A DNA stretch of 58,426 nucleotides, counting the filler, from Sphacelaria rigidula (Eukaryota), in the NCBI GenBank assembly GCA_964200075.2. It is 6 parts of 6 records of this genome, joined end to end, with 100 filler letters (N's around TTAATTAATTAA, not from the genome) between each part and the next. Parts side by side here need not be neighbours in the genome. Positions count along the whole stretch, not along the records: positions 1 to 9,655 come from CAXNAA020008021.1; positions 9,756 to 19,410 come from CAXNAA020008022.1; 4 more parts are not named here. One strand, given 5' to 3'. This document shows, in pieces, positions 1 through 10,540 of the stretch. The notes beneath the pieces were generated by a model. That model was given only the letters and a program-made list of their open reading frames with translations, was not told where the DNA came from and ran no database searches. The position numbers and the translations under genes are program-made. Within the stretch, counting starts at the first letter, position 1. Every line of letters starts with the position of its first letter.

Positions 1-23
1 GTCAGGTAATCCGTTTTCTGACT

Positions 24-358
24 GTGTGTGTATTGTCGTCCCATCTATTCTGGACGCCAGTCTACACCTTCCGGTATATGTGGGCGCACCAGCCGGGGTC
101 GCACAGGAGGAAGGTCAACACAGGAGCTTTCTTTTTTTTTTGTTTTTAATACCCCACCTTCCTTCTGCGGTGCTTGCTTTTTTTTTGTCGCGAGAGGGGT
201 TCAGCAGGTCCTTTCCCTCGTTGACCGTTGAGCCAAATCGTGTGTACCCACGACAAAGTCGCTCTCCACTGTTGGGCATGGTGTGAGGAAGAATCCCAGA
301 TTGCTCCGAGAATTGAACCCACGACCCAGCTGTCAGAAAGTTTCGAGGCTACCAACTA
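24..358 (-). mobile_element. tRNA-derived SINE, family A (copy 1, first few 5' bases missing)
   Basis: Minus strand begins TAGTTGGTAG...GGGTTCAATTCTC (partial A box, B box). Colinear along its length with 13189-13546 and partly with 49803-49949. Ends in a (CA)-rich tail. Confidence 0.8.
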
Positions 359-559
359 AAGAGGATTTTGATAAAGGGGAGAATCCCCTTTGATAAGAAG
401 GGGCCTCATCTGTCACTACTCGTCGCGTGACCGATTTCCTTCCGTCGGCGTGTCTTCCAACCGCCAGCCCGAAAATAGAGAAGTGATCTGTATTGATTGT
501 TTCAAGTCTGGAAGTTGGTCGCTTACTTGTTCCCTTCTACTGTATGTTTAGTCCACGCC

Positions 560-768
560 GACAAATTATGAAGGGAAGAGTCTGCTATGTCGTTCGGTTC
601 GACCCCTCTTTCTGTTCCTATTATTTTCTGTTCCTTTTTTTTTTTTTTTCCCTAGAGCGTGTTTGAATTCCGTTTTTTTTGGGTAAGCACGTCTATCATG
701 AGACCACGGCTGGACCCCTGGGGGGTCAGTTAAAGTGCGACAATCAATCAATCATCAATCAATCAATC
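560..768 (+). mobile_element. Probable SINE with B box, sharing the family-B 3' tail and ending in (CAAT)n
   Basis: GGTTCGACCC at about 596. The 3' segment GAGACCACGG...AAAGTGCGACAA matches the ends of 3917-4212 and 46903-47199 and is followed by CAATCAATCAAT. The 5' boundary is approximate. Confidence 0.55.
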
Positions 769-1186
769 GGTGCGCCCGGTTTCTGTCATTTTGATCTACT
801 ATACATGATTTCTTTTCTCACCTCAAAACAGCCACTTTTCTGAGGGGGGCTATCGCGGCATCAGTCTCCACCCGGATTTTTTTTAGTGTGCGTGTTTTAT
901 GCTGTTGAATCTGCCAGAAATGCTCTCGGTAGTTCTAGTGATTCCTCTTTTTTCAAACCTGCGTTTGGTTGGGCTCGTTTTTTTGTTGTTGCAAATTTAC
1001 TCTTATTCCTGCCGGCAGAAAGGAAGGATGAGACCCTAGTGATTATTAGGTCTTGTCAAACCCGGACGCGTTCATTTCTCCTGGACTGGGAGGCCTTGGT
1101 TACAGTAGGCCAATCTTGATGGGAAATGAAGCCAAGAAGCCTAATTTCCTTGCCTCCGGCGGCCTCTCCCGCGGGCCCCCCTCGCC

Positions 1187-1260
1187 AGTCTGGGGGGGGG
1201 GGGGCGTTCTCATGTGTTGCTTGCCCTACTCGTCTGACCATTGACCACGAGTCTGGGGGG
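1187..1260 (-). mobile_element. 5'-truncated LINE 3' end with poly(C) tail and 11-bp target-site duplication
   Basis: Minus strand GTGGTCAATGGTCAGACGAGTAGGGCAAGCAACACATGAGAACG followed by a C run; homologous to the LINE end at 56594-56640 and 27887-27930. AGTCTGGGGGG is repeated at 1187-1197 and 1250-1260. Confidence 0.8.
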
Positions 1261-1735
1261 AGGGGGGCGTTTGGGACTGGAACAGCGAGCGAACTCGGTC
1301 GCGCTCGCACTTGGGGTTCGCCGATATTTATCGAATTTAATCGATATCGAACGCTGAAAAGTTCGATTTGGTCCCGAAGCGTTGAGTGGTTCGATATCCA
1401 ACATAAACTCGTACGCTTCATTAACGGAAGGTCCCGGGTTGGAATTCCGGCCCCTACCAAAAGCGACGAAAAAAATTATGCGAGGACAAAAAGATCATGA
1501 AAATGGTGAAGGAAAAGACAATTCATGGAAAACTTTGTAGCAGAGTGATGAACAGATTCACGGGAAAATGGTCTGCGGAGAGTGTTGGCTTCGGGTTATA
1601 GTTAAAATATATGTGAAAAAAAGTGTACATCCTCATCCCTAGCCGGCGAGTATTGTACAAGCTTTTTCGTGTTAAAAAAACGTACGGAGAGGCCCAAAAA
1701 GTGTGTGTGCGTGTGTGTGGGGTGATGTGGGTACC

Positions 1736-1778
1736 ATCACGTACAAGGGGGGGGCGTACTCATTATCACGTACAAGGG
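1736..1778 (-). mobile_element. Minimal (about 15 bp) LINE 3'-end insertion with 14-bp target-site duplication
   Basis: ATCACGTACAAGGG is repeated at 1736-1749 and 1765-1778 around GGGGGCGTACTCATT, the reverse complement of the LINE terminus AATGAGTACGCCCCC. Confidence 0.7.
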
Positions 1779-2046
1779 AAAACTTAAACTCCTACGAATG
1801 TACGTCGAGGGTTCACATTGACGACACCATGAGATAACTCGTAAGGTTCATGAACGCCGGGTCCCGGATTCGAACCCCGCTTCCTACTGAAAAGCGACGA
1901 AAAAGTCAAGTGGGGAAAAAGAAATGTGAAAATGGTGGGGGAAAAGACAACTGGTGAATGACTTCCACCACACATGAGGGGCACACTCACACAAGGGCCC
2001 GTCGACGAATCATCTTTTCACACAACAGTGGAGGGTTGTGTTCTGC

Positions 2047-2585
2047 AGGGTATGACATTCTTTACGGGACTTACAGAAATATCGAGTGCCGCTATGAAAG
2101 TCTTACAGAAAGTACAAAACGGTCGGGTACCGGTTTGAAAGTCTCACAGAAATTACAGAACTTGTCGGATGCGGTATGGGAGGCTTACAGAAAAACCGTA
2201 CCGGCAATCGGATATTTCTCTTTGAGCATACCCGCGCGCCGGGTACAGGCAAACATTTTGTACCGAACTCACTGAACTGTCGGGTAAGGGTATGTGAGGC
2301 TTGCAGACCTCACAGAAACTGTCGGGTAGGGTACGGAGGTTGCACAGAAAACCGTACCCGCACCCGGGCATCTTATCCAGAGCATACCCGTGCTCCCCGG
2401 TAAGGGTACGGGAGGGTTACAGAACTCACGAAACTATCGGGTAAGAGTATGAGAGTCTTACAGAGATGACAGAACCGTCGCATACCGGTATGAGAGTCTT
2501 ACAGAAGTCACAGAACTGTCGGGCACGGTAAATACCCGGGAAAATACCTCGGGTGGGTAAACAGAAGACCGTACCCTACAAAACA
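2047..2585. repeat. Minisatellite-containing interspersed repeat (about 36-bp unit ACAGAACTGTCGGGTAAGGGTATG), copy 1
   Basis: Many degenerate units of TACAGAA...CACAGAACTGTCGGGTA. The same succession of blocks, including GTACCGGCAATCG...GAGCATACCCGCGC and CGGTAAATACCCGGGAAAATAC, recurs at 3213-3903. Confidence 0.75.
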
Positions 2586-3212
2586 CAACCATGGTATTAT
2601 CATCAACCCTGTGGAACTACCTCACTACAGTGGCGAACTACAGATCACAGTTCACGGAAACTATGAACGGCTTCACGGGGTTAATAGAGAAAGACTACAC
2701 GAACACTCGTAGTAGTACATTTGCACGGGATCGTCAATATCTGCTGTCTTCACGTACACTTCCAGCGAGTATATGGACGAGCATTCACGGCTGCCTGTTC
2801 TCTGGAAGCCCTTGGGCACGGCAAAATCGTCGACGGTCTCGACGACTTCCAGCGGCAGCTCGTACTCTTTGCTGCGCATGTCGATAGCGGCCTGGGGTTT
2901 GATGACCACGACACAACCATCAACGTCGATGACGTGCGTCTTGCTACTTGATCCCCTGGTGACGCAAATGAACCGCCCCCGCTCGAGCCACCACTCGAGT
3001 CTGGGGGTGATCCATCCTGACGATCTGTAGTGCTACTCATGTTTCGTGTTTCCACTCTGCAGTACCTCGTATCCCGTTAAATTATTAAATTGAGAATTTT
3101 CCAACATTGAATTTTTGTTGGTGTGCAGTTCTCTGAATGAAGGAATTGGGTGGATTGATCGATGGGAGGTACATGTTCAGGCTTATCCGTACCTCCCCAA
3201 GGTTTATACCTT

Positions 3213-3903
3213 TGCTCATACCTGCAATCGGGTATATGTACAACGGCATACCCTAACCCGGGTAAGGGTATGGGAGGCCTGAAGAGCTCACAGAACCATC
3301 GGGTGCAGGTGCTGGATGAAAGTCTTGAATAAATTACAGAACTTGTTATATCATGACCACCACTACTGCAGCACCGCGTTGGGTACGGTATGAAATAATT
3401 AGAAACGGTACCGGCAATCGAATCTTCCTTCAAGAGCATACCCGCGCTCCGGGTATGGGTAAACATTATGTACAGAACTCACAGAACTGTCGGGTAAGGG
3501 TATGGGAGGGTTACAAGGCAGATCGAGTAGGGTATGTTCAATTGCGGGGTATTTTGAAAGTTGTACTTCAAGTACACAAATTGGGGTAGGGTGTTGGGGT
3601 CTCTTTCCGTTTTTTGGGGGGGGGGGTACGACTCCTGAAACACCCGACCCCAATTTGGGTACTTCAAGTACGATGTTCAAAATACCCCGCAATTGAGTAT
3701 ACTCTAGGGTGTACCTGTGCCCCCAGGTAACGGCACGGGAGGCTTAGAGTAATCACAGAACTATCGGGCAAGGGTATGAAAGTCTCAGAGATTACAGAAC
3801 TGTCGGGTATCTTCAAGAGTTTTACGAATGTAACAGAACTGTCGGGTACGGTAAATACCCGGGAAAATACGCCGGGTATACAGAAAACCGTACCCCGCCG
3901 GGT
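3213..3903. repeat. Minisatellite-containing interspersed repeat, copy 2, interrupted by a MITE
   Basis: Same unit and block order as 2047-2585, with an insertion at 3528-3706. Confidence 0.75.
3528..3706. mobile_element. MITE with about 68-bp terminal inverted repeats and TA flanks (Tc1/mariner-type target)
   Basis: TAGGGTATGTTCAATTGCGGGGTATTTTGAA... pairs with ...TTCAAAATACCCCGCAATTGAGTATACTCTA. TA lies at both ends, inside a unit of the host repeat. Confidence 0.8.
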
Positions 3904-3916
3904 AGCCGCGCCCCAT

Positions 3917-4212
3917 TGGTGTAATGGTCCGTCTGTCGCCATTAGGGTGGGGAGAACGAGGGTTCAATACCCGATGCGTTTTTTTTTTCCTTCGTAATAT
4001 CTGATTTCCATCGTGGAAAGCGTGAGAACGTGAGTAAAAAAATAGTCGACTGATTTTGTTTGACGTGAGTTGACGCGGTGCGGGATTGCTGACTCAACCC
4101 CCGACATCAAGATGCAAGGCGTGTACTGTACTGGGCGAGAGATGAGATGATCCCTTGAGACCACGGACTCGTCTCGAGGAAGGGGGAGGGTCCAAAGTGC
4201 GACAAAAAAAAA
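3917..4212 (+). mobile_element. tRNA-derived SINE, family B (copy 1)
   Basis: A box TGGTGTAATGG and B box GGTTCAATACCC. Colinear with 46903-47199. Ends AAAGTGCGAC plus an A run. Confidence 0.8.
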
Positions 4213-7142
4213 CAGAACGCGGCGTTGGAGCAGTCTATTTGAATGTTCGAACCAGTACACATACTATGAAGTGAGTCGCGGACGACTTGGTACGTTGTCT
4301 GCGAGATGGCCCGCAGTGACTGATTCGAATTTTGATCTCCTCGTATATACTTCACATGCAACTGGCAGCACACTGCGCACACAACAGTACAGTAGTCGTC
4401 AGTTTCTCTCTTCCTGGATCCCAGATCTGCAATCTTTGAGTACTGATTGCTGACAGTGCAGTATCGTCAGAGCACCAAGCAAACTATCTGGTGTGGTTCA
4501 CATACAGTGTATACCCTGGTTTTGTCTCGACACAATGTTAGAGGAAGCTATAGCTGTCGAGTGAAGCAAAAATTCGACGAGGACTGTGCGTAGACCCGGT
4601 GTACCACAACACATTTCGGCGGCACCGTGTGTTGCGCTCGCTCGCGCACAAGGACATCGACTGACCTAGTACACTCAGATTTCTAGACCGCTGGAAATAT
4701 GACAAAAAAAGATTCAGCGCTACATCGCCTCCCTGCATTACCTCACCTGGAGTTGCGGCTGATCACGGAAGTGCAAAGCACCATGATCCCTCCAAATACT
4801 TGGCAGATTTTCGCGGGTTTCCTAGCGGGCACCCACTTTGACCAAATCACGCTTCACGAGTCAAGTCAATCTGCAGTTGGAAGCAACCCCTGGATTCCGT
4901 GCGGCTACCGCATCCGTCTTATAGCAACGGGTCTGAGAGCATATATTGAACCGAATGTAATAGATAACAAAATAGTTGTGGTCATTTTCCAATTAATAAT
5001 TATTTCGAGGACAACGGCGGTGACGTGTATTGGGAGGGTAAACCTGGATGATTGAAAAAAAGGAGACTCCGCGACCGACTCCGCAATACTGCATGCATTG
5101 GCTTTACCATTCTCGTTTGCCTCCCCACTTCTGGCACATGTTTTGTTTTCGTATTTTCGAGTTTCCATTTGTAATTTAAACTAAATGCCGATCTCCTCGT
5201 TGCCTGGAACTAAAGGTCATACTCCTTTTTGGGAGGTGGTATCATACGGGCCGGTGTGATACACCCGGACAGGCTGTAGTAGTAGCAGCAACAGCAGCGG
5301 GCTGATTGAAACTGGGAGACAGAGAATAGAGATAATGTCGAACTACAATCGCCTGAGCTATTCCAAACGGGCATCAGTGGATGAACTTTGCAGCTTCGTG
5401 GGTTCTACAAGGGCGATGAGCATTGCACTCCTCGAGCGCTTCGATTGGAACATGGTGGTGAGGGGGAATTTAGAATTTAGCCGCAAGTACACACTAGGTT
5501 TTATGTGCAGCTGTTCAATGTGCTGCCATCGGGACCTGCTCAACAGTGCTACTGTGCAGTCGTACACTGCATTCATACGGCAGTTCGTTGTTATGGGCGA
5601 GTCACTGTGTGATGTGCTGTACTGTACATGTTCGCACCCATCCCCTTGATTTTGACACGATGCAACAGACAGCACAAGCCCATGCACGCTCCACGAGGTT
5701 TGAAAATTGCAGCCCACACTAACTTCTGCATTTGCTGTACTGTTGTCCATACCGTTGTTCTTCCGCGTGTGTTTTGATATAGAACATGTGTTAGTCATAG
5801 GTTGCTCAATAATCAGTGATCATGTTTCCAGCTGTTTTATGTTTGTGCGTGCAGCAGATGCTCGGGCATCGCGAGTGGTGCATGCGTGCCGCGCGCAAGC
5901 GTTGGGTACTCGAAAATTGTTTTTGTATGCGGACACTTGCATTTCAGAACAAAACTTTGGTGCTCTGTGACTTCGCTAGCTAATCTTCGGGAAATTATAA
6001 TATACCGAACACGACGAAAGATAGCCTCAAAAGCAGTACTCGTATTCGTATAACGCGTTGGCAAGGCGGCACGGTAGATTCCCAGGCAGATAGTACGGAC
6101 AGTACACGTACAGTACAGCAAGAGTCTTAGCATTGAACAAGACGCAGGATAAGAGCGTTTGCGGCTAAAATAAGTCCATCTGTCCACAGAATTTATCAAG
6201 AAAAAAAATCATCTGAGTACTCGTACAGCACTTGTAGATAGTATTGTTGAAGAGTAAGCTCGCTGTCCACGGTCCCGTGTGTACCGGAACCAACGTCTCC
6301 CACACACCGTGCCTCAATTTGAATATTGAATATTTTGTTTCTCTCGCGAGAGTGGTGGCAAGAACGACGGTCCAAACGGCTGTTCCTTGCTCCATCTCTG
6401 TGCACCTTTAGTCCAGACAGTATTGTAGTACTCTTCGCAATGTTTCATCAGTTTGCAAACGTTTGCTCTACTCCTAGCGTGGCTAGTATCGTGACTTCTA
6501 TCGCTAGATGGTGTGTTGGATGACCATCCTTCGTCTTACCGGTTAGGCTTTAGATGATGGATCCGTTGAATATTATGCTTCAGAGTTTTCCGTTTGAGTA
6601 TATCGTATCACGTATCAAAACGAACTCCTCCTTATATACCTACAAAAATACTCAGGAAGCTGCGGATGCTTTTTTCTCCGGGGAAGTGGACGTTGACGCT
6701 CTCATGCGAGCCTCCACGAGTCGCGCTGCTGCCTCGGCGCCCCCGGTGGACTTTGCCACTCTGGATGCTTGGTAAGGAGGCGGGATCGATATGCTATCGT
6801 TAACTATTGCACATGTTGGCTACGAGTACAGTCGCTTTCACCACTTGGTAGGCGTGGAACTTTTCGACTTGGTTTTGGTGTTGACACCGAAATCCGAATC
6901 TCCAATGGGGAGCGTGCTCGTTGCATGCGTAGGACGCGTTTTTGTCTCGATCGACGCCGCAGGCGCCGATTTGAGGTCTCGCAACGCACACTTTCCATCA
7001 GGAATACTTTGCACCGTCCTAGTTCTCGGTACGCCTTCGTTGGGATGAGGATTAGGGTTAGGCTTAGAGTTTTTCGAGATCATGACTTCCCGAGAACGTT
7101 CCACGCCAATCAAGTCGTAAACCAACCTCTCTGAGGATATAA

Positions 7143-7518
7143 TTAACCCCTGTGCACAGGGCCCCTTCTAGATAAATTACGGAATCCCCTGCTGAGATTT
7201 TTTCGGGCGATTCAGCCCCGATTTTTGCCGGAATACAGGCTTTCCCGGACTGTTTTTGTCCGTGTTTTTTGTGGCTTGTTGGAGATTTTGCTAGCCGGGC
7301 TAAAAGTAAAACTGCGTGCATGAAAGATGGGGAAAGTGTAGCATATCCTTCCGGGGTGAGACAGACCACCAAGGCCCGTATTCCGGGAAAAATTGGCGAT
7401 GAATTGGCGGAGTCGCTCAAAAGAGCATTTGTCGGAGATTTTTTGAAGGTACAATAAGAAGCGGTTTCAGCAAAGGATTCTGTATCATTTCTAAAAGTTC
7501 CCTGCGCACGGGGGTTAC
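7143..7518. mobile_element. Non-autonomous piggyBac-like element
   Basis: Left end TTAA-CCCCTGTGCACAGGG, right end CCCTGCGCACGGGG-GTTAC. Imperfect inverted repeat extends about 55 bp. TTAA followed by CCC is the piggyBac end signature; the right TTAA is degenerate. No ORF. Confidence 0.65.
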
Positions 7519-9289
7519 ATACGCTTCATGCTGTATGAATTGCAGGTGGGAAATCTGTCGTTTGATTCATACCGTATGAATGAAGGTGGCAATCATGCAC
7601 GCATCATCCACGCCCTCTGAGCGACAGTTGGGAACAATGTACGCTTGACTCATGTCGCATGAACGGCGGTTGAGGAGGAGGCACGGTCCATTCGTGCCAT
7701 ATCAATGACTGGGGAAAAGCAAGAACGAATCCCTATCATCGTAAAATCATACGATTTGAAATATCTAAGAATGTACCCTACGCGTGACTGGCGTTCTACA
7801 CCCCGCGCACCTCAAACTCATCCATTCGTTCTGAATGGTTCAGCAGGCCCTTCTCCTTCAGACATCAAGTAAGATATCATGCGTGAGATACATACATCAT
7901 CAATCGCAAGTTATCTTTATCGCAATTCGCAAAAAGTCGCGCCGCACGAATCGAGGGTGCGGAAAAACAAAGAGTCGTGCCTCACAAGGCTAGTGGTGTC
8001 GAAAGAGAACAATGAGAAGAAATTGTGACGATGATATTGATCATGACGGGTTTTTTTTTTTTCAGATCACGAGAAATTGCCCGCCCTTCCTACCGAAGGC
8101 TGCAAAAAGTGATGATGAGAATGTGATAGCGTGACGACACCCAAACAGAGCAAGGATTTTAGGAGGGCGGCAAATCACGCGCAAGCTGCATCGGCATCGT
8201 CGCAAGGTCGAACGCGCACTACCTATCGCACGAGGAAGAGAAGCAGCAGCTGGATACGGTTGGGGGTGGGGTTCAATCATACCGTACCGGCACTGCTGCT
8301 GCTCCTGCTTCTCGTAGGAGAGACGGTCCGCGTGTCGACCGCACGACTGTGTCGGTGCACCTCACGTGTGACGGCCGCCATGCTGGAAATCTCTGCCCGT
8401 ACTGCCCGCCGACGGGTCTATGCTTACCCACTTGGCGGAGTGCTGGGAGATATGGCTGTTTGCGTATCTCTTTGGTCCTGTGCACTTCTGTCCTATGTGT
8501 GATCATGAGCCGAACAGCCCACGCGTGGCAACCATCTTACGTACCCTTTGGCGTCTTCATCGGAATGTTCCTCCAGTCTTACAAAAATGAATTCACAATT
8601 ATCCAATCTCTCAGACCGACTCATACGGGAACGAATCTCGAGTCTGCGGAGACCTCAATCTGTGCGAAATGGTAGGGACTCATATGCGCGAAAGTCAGAT
8701 CCGTGGGGATCGTTTCAGGCGCTGAAATTCTAAAATGGCATTTTTATCATCAGTACGCGCAGCTTTGCGCGGGATGCCAAGGAAAAAACAAACAAATGGA
8801 AAGTTAGAAAAAACGTGTTGCACTCAGATGTTTTTGTCGCGCCCGTCGAGATTTCCAGACCTATCTCCGATTGAGTCCAGTGCCGAACGGAATACTGCTC
8901 TTCCAAGATGCCATTTGTGTGAATCCTCGTTAGGACAAGAAGTGGTTGTTGTGGGTCGGCAAGCTGCATTGCTTGGTTCTTCTTCCCGCTTCTGTCTTTT
9001 GTCTCGATAAGGCACGACTCCCGCTCGACATTAGCAGAAATAATAAGGAGAGCAGTCTGGCACGCATTGTGGCAAACGCAATGACACTAGTTTGTATAGG
9101 AAGGCGTTCTCGGCCATTTTGCTCAGTTTGGTACCCCAATGGTTTGATGCTTTTTGCAACGATACGCACACATACTGTTTGGTCGGCCAAGGACCTCGGA
9201 GGCGACGTTTGTAGTTGTGCACAAATCTTCAGCGAAACTCAGCCGATGAGCTTTCCTATTGAGTTCCCCACGCTAACATGTACATAATT

Positions 9290-9655
9290 TGTTTTTTGGC
9301 ATCTGACATATTTTTCGTCGCGAATCATACCGAGTGATCACTGCCCTTGTTATTAACCCTTTTGGAACCCTTCCCTCCCGTCCCCTGGCCAAACGCATTA
9401 TTATGAGAAGCCCTGACGAAGAGGAAAACATGGAAACAGAATAGCCCGACGGCAACCATTTTGATAATGGAAGACCGGAGAAGAATGTCTTACCTGGAGA
9501 ATTTGGGTAAGGTTTGTCCAATCATACCACGCAACGGATGAAGTGTGTCTAATTGTATCCATCGACAACAATTAGCAAGACCACCATGAAATATTCCACG
9601 GTTAGAACGAATCATCACGGGTTCGAATTACCAAATCCACGATTTCTTCGGCCTG
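9290..9655. repeat. Interspersed repeat truncated at a contig end
   Basis: CCACGGTTAGAACGAATCATCACG...ACCAAATCCACGATTTCTT (9596-9650) recurs in reverse complement at 29272-29335, also at a contig edge. The left boundary is approximate. Confidence 0.55.
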
Positions 9656-9755
9656 NNNNNNNNNNNNNNNNNNNNNNNNNNNNNNNNNNNNNNNNNNNNT
9701 TAATTAATTAANNNNNNNNNNNNNNNNNNNNNNNNNNNNNNNNNNNNNNNNNNNN
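9656..9755. other. Artificial contig spacer (N44-TTAATTAATTAA-N44)
   Basis: 100-bp spacer carrying stop codons in all six frames; five identical copies in the window. Confidence 0.97.
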
Positions 9756-10309
9756 GTTGTGCTGCACGCGTTTGTACTGTACTGGGGTGACCACCTTGTA
9801 GAGCACGAAGGGGGCTCTCTACTGCACCCATGTGCTGGTGCGGAGCAAAATTTAAACTTTTTTCAACTTCAGTCAAGTCGTTAATTTCTTGACAGCGATG
9901 GATTTCAGTGAAATCTTTTGCAACAGAAAGTTTACTTTCTCTACATGATGAAACAGCCCTCTGTATCTCTCCTGGTCGTGTAGGTCCAGCGCCATGTCCT
10001 CACATGACACCGGAGGTCAGGTTGCAGCGAGGGGGGTGATGTTCACCCTGAGCTGCACGGATTCTGCCCTAACTCGTTGCATACAGCACTGTTGCCATCG
10101 CAATTTGCGAGAGGAACTGTCTGCCTGTATATGAACGCACCTTAATTGTTCACGCGTCTCCTCCTCCCTCCTGGGCGATGCTGTCTGGGCCGCTCTTGAA
10201 CGCACAGCAGGTGTGGACTGTGCTTGCGAAATCAGGATATATGCCATCATCCAACACTTTTCACCGTTTTTCGCGGAGGCATTTAAAACACTAATAAAGA
10301 AAAGAAAAT

Positions 10310-10540
10310 TTCCCCCGGCGTAACACTGCGTCCGAAGGACAAAGCCGTGGGCAGCGGCATCTCCTCGCTTTCGTGCTGCTGACGCACAGGCGGGCCGTGG
10401 GTGGTGAAGACACTGCTCAAGTACGCATACTGGCAAGGAAATGGGAAGAATGAGGTTTTCTTGAGGTGCTTTTCTCACTACCGACACAAAGCAAGGTCCC
10501 GGTAATTCAGTACCCTAGTATTCAACAGCAGTACGAACAC
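10310..10540 (-). repeat. Decayed, probably ex-coding repeat module (QYA...FTxHGPPxR), copy B
   Basis: Reverse complement aligns with 17683-17900 (TAGGGTACTGAATTA...CCACGGCCCGCCT...CGCTGCCC). Confidence 0.6.

Noticed and set aside
2047-3903. Regularly spaced about 36-bp repeats as a CRISPR array
   Set aside because: Units are degenerate and contiguous with no unique spacers, there are no cas genes, and the context is eukaryotic.
4746-4869. Minus-strand segment bounded by good acceptor and donor sites
   Set aside because: Stops in all three frames; no coding support and no transcript data.
9410-9435. CTGACGA...GAAA, and CTGATGA at 19883 and elsewhere, as hammerhead ribozymes
   Set aside because: Could not form stem II and the flanking stems around the core.
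9700-9711. TTAATTAATTAA recurring every about 9754 bp as a biological periodic signal
   Set aside because: It is always embedded in N runs and is a six-frame-stop linker between contigs.
10360-10420. Conserved in-frame TGA (CC*RTGGPW and WC*RKGGPW at about 17835) as selenocysteine
   Set aside because: The opposite-strand HGPP frame explains the substitution pattern better and is stop-free there, the third copy has TCA, and no SECIS evidence was seen.
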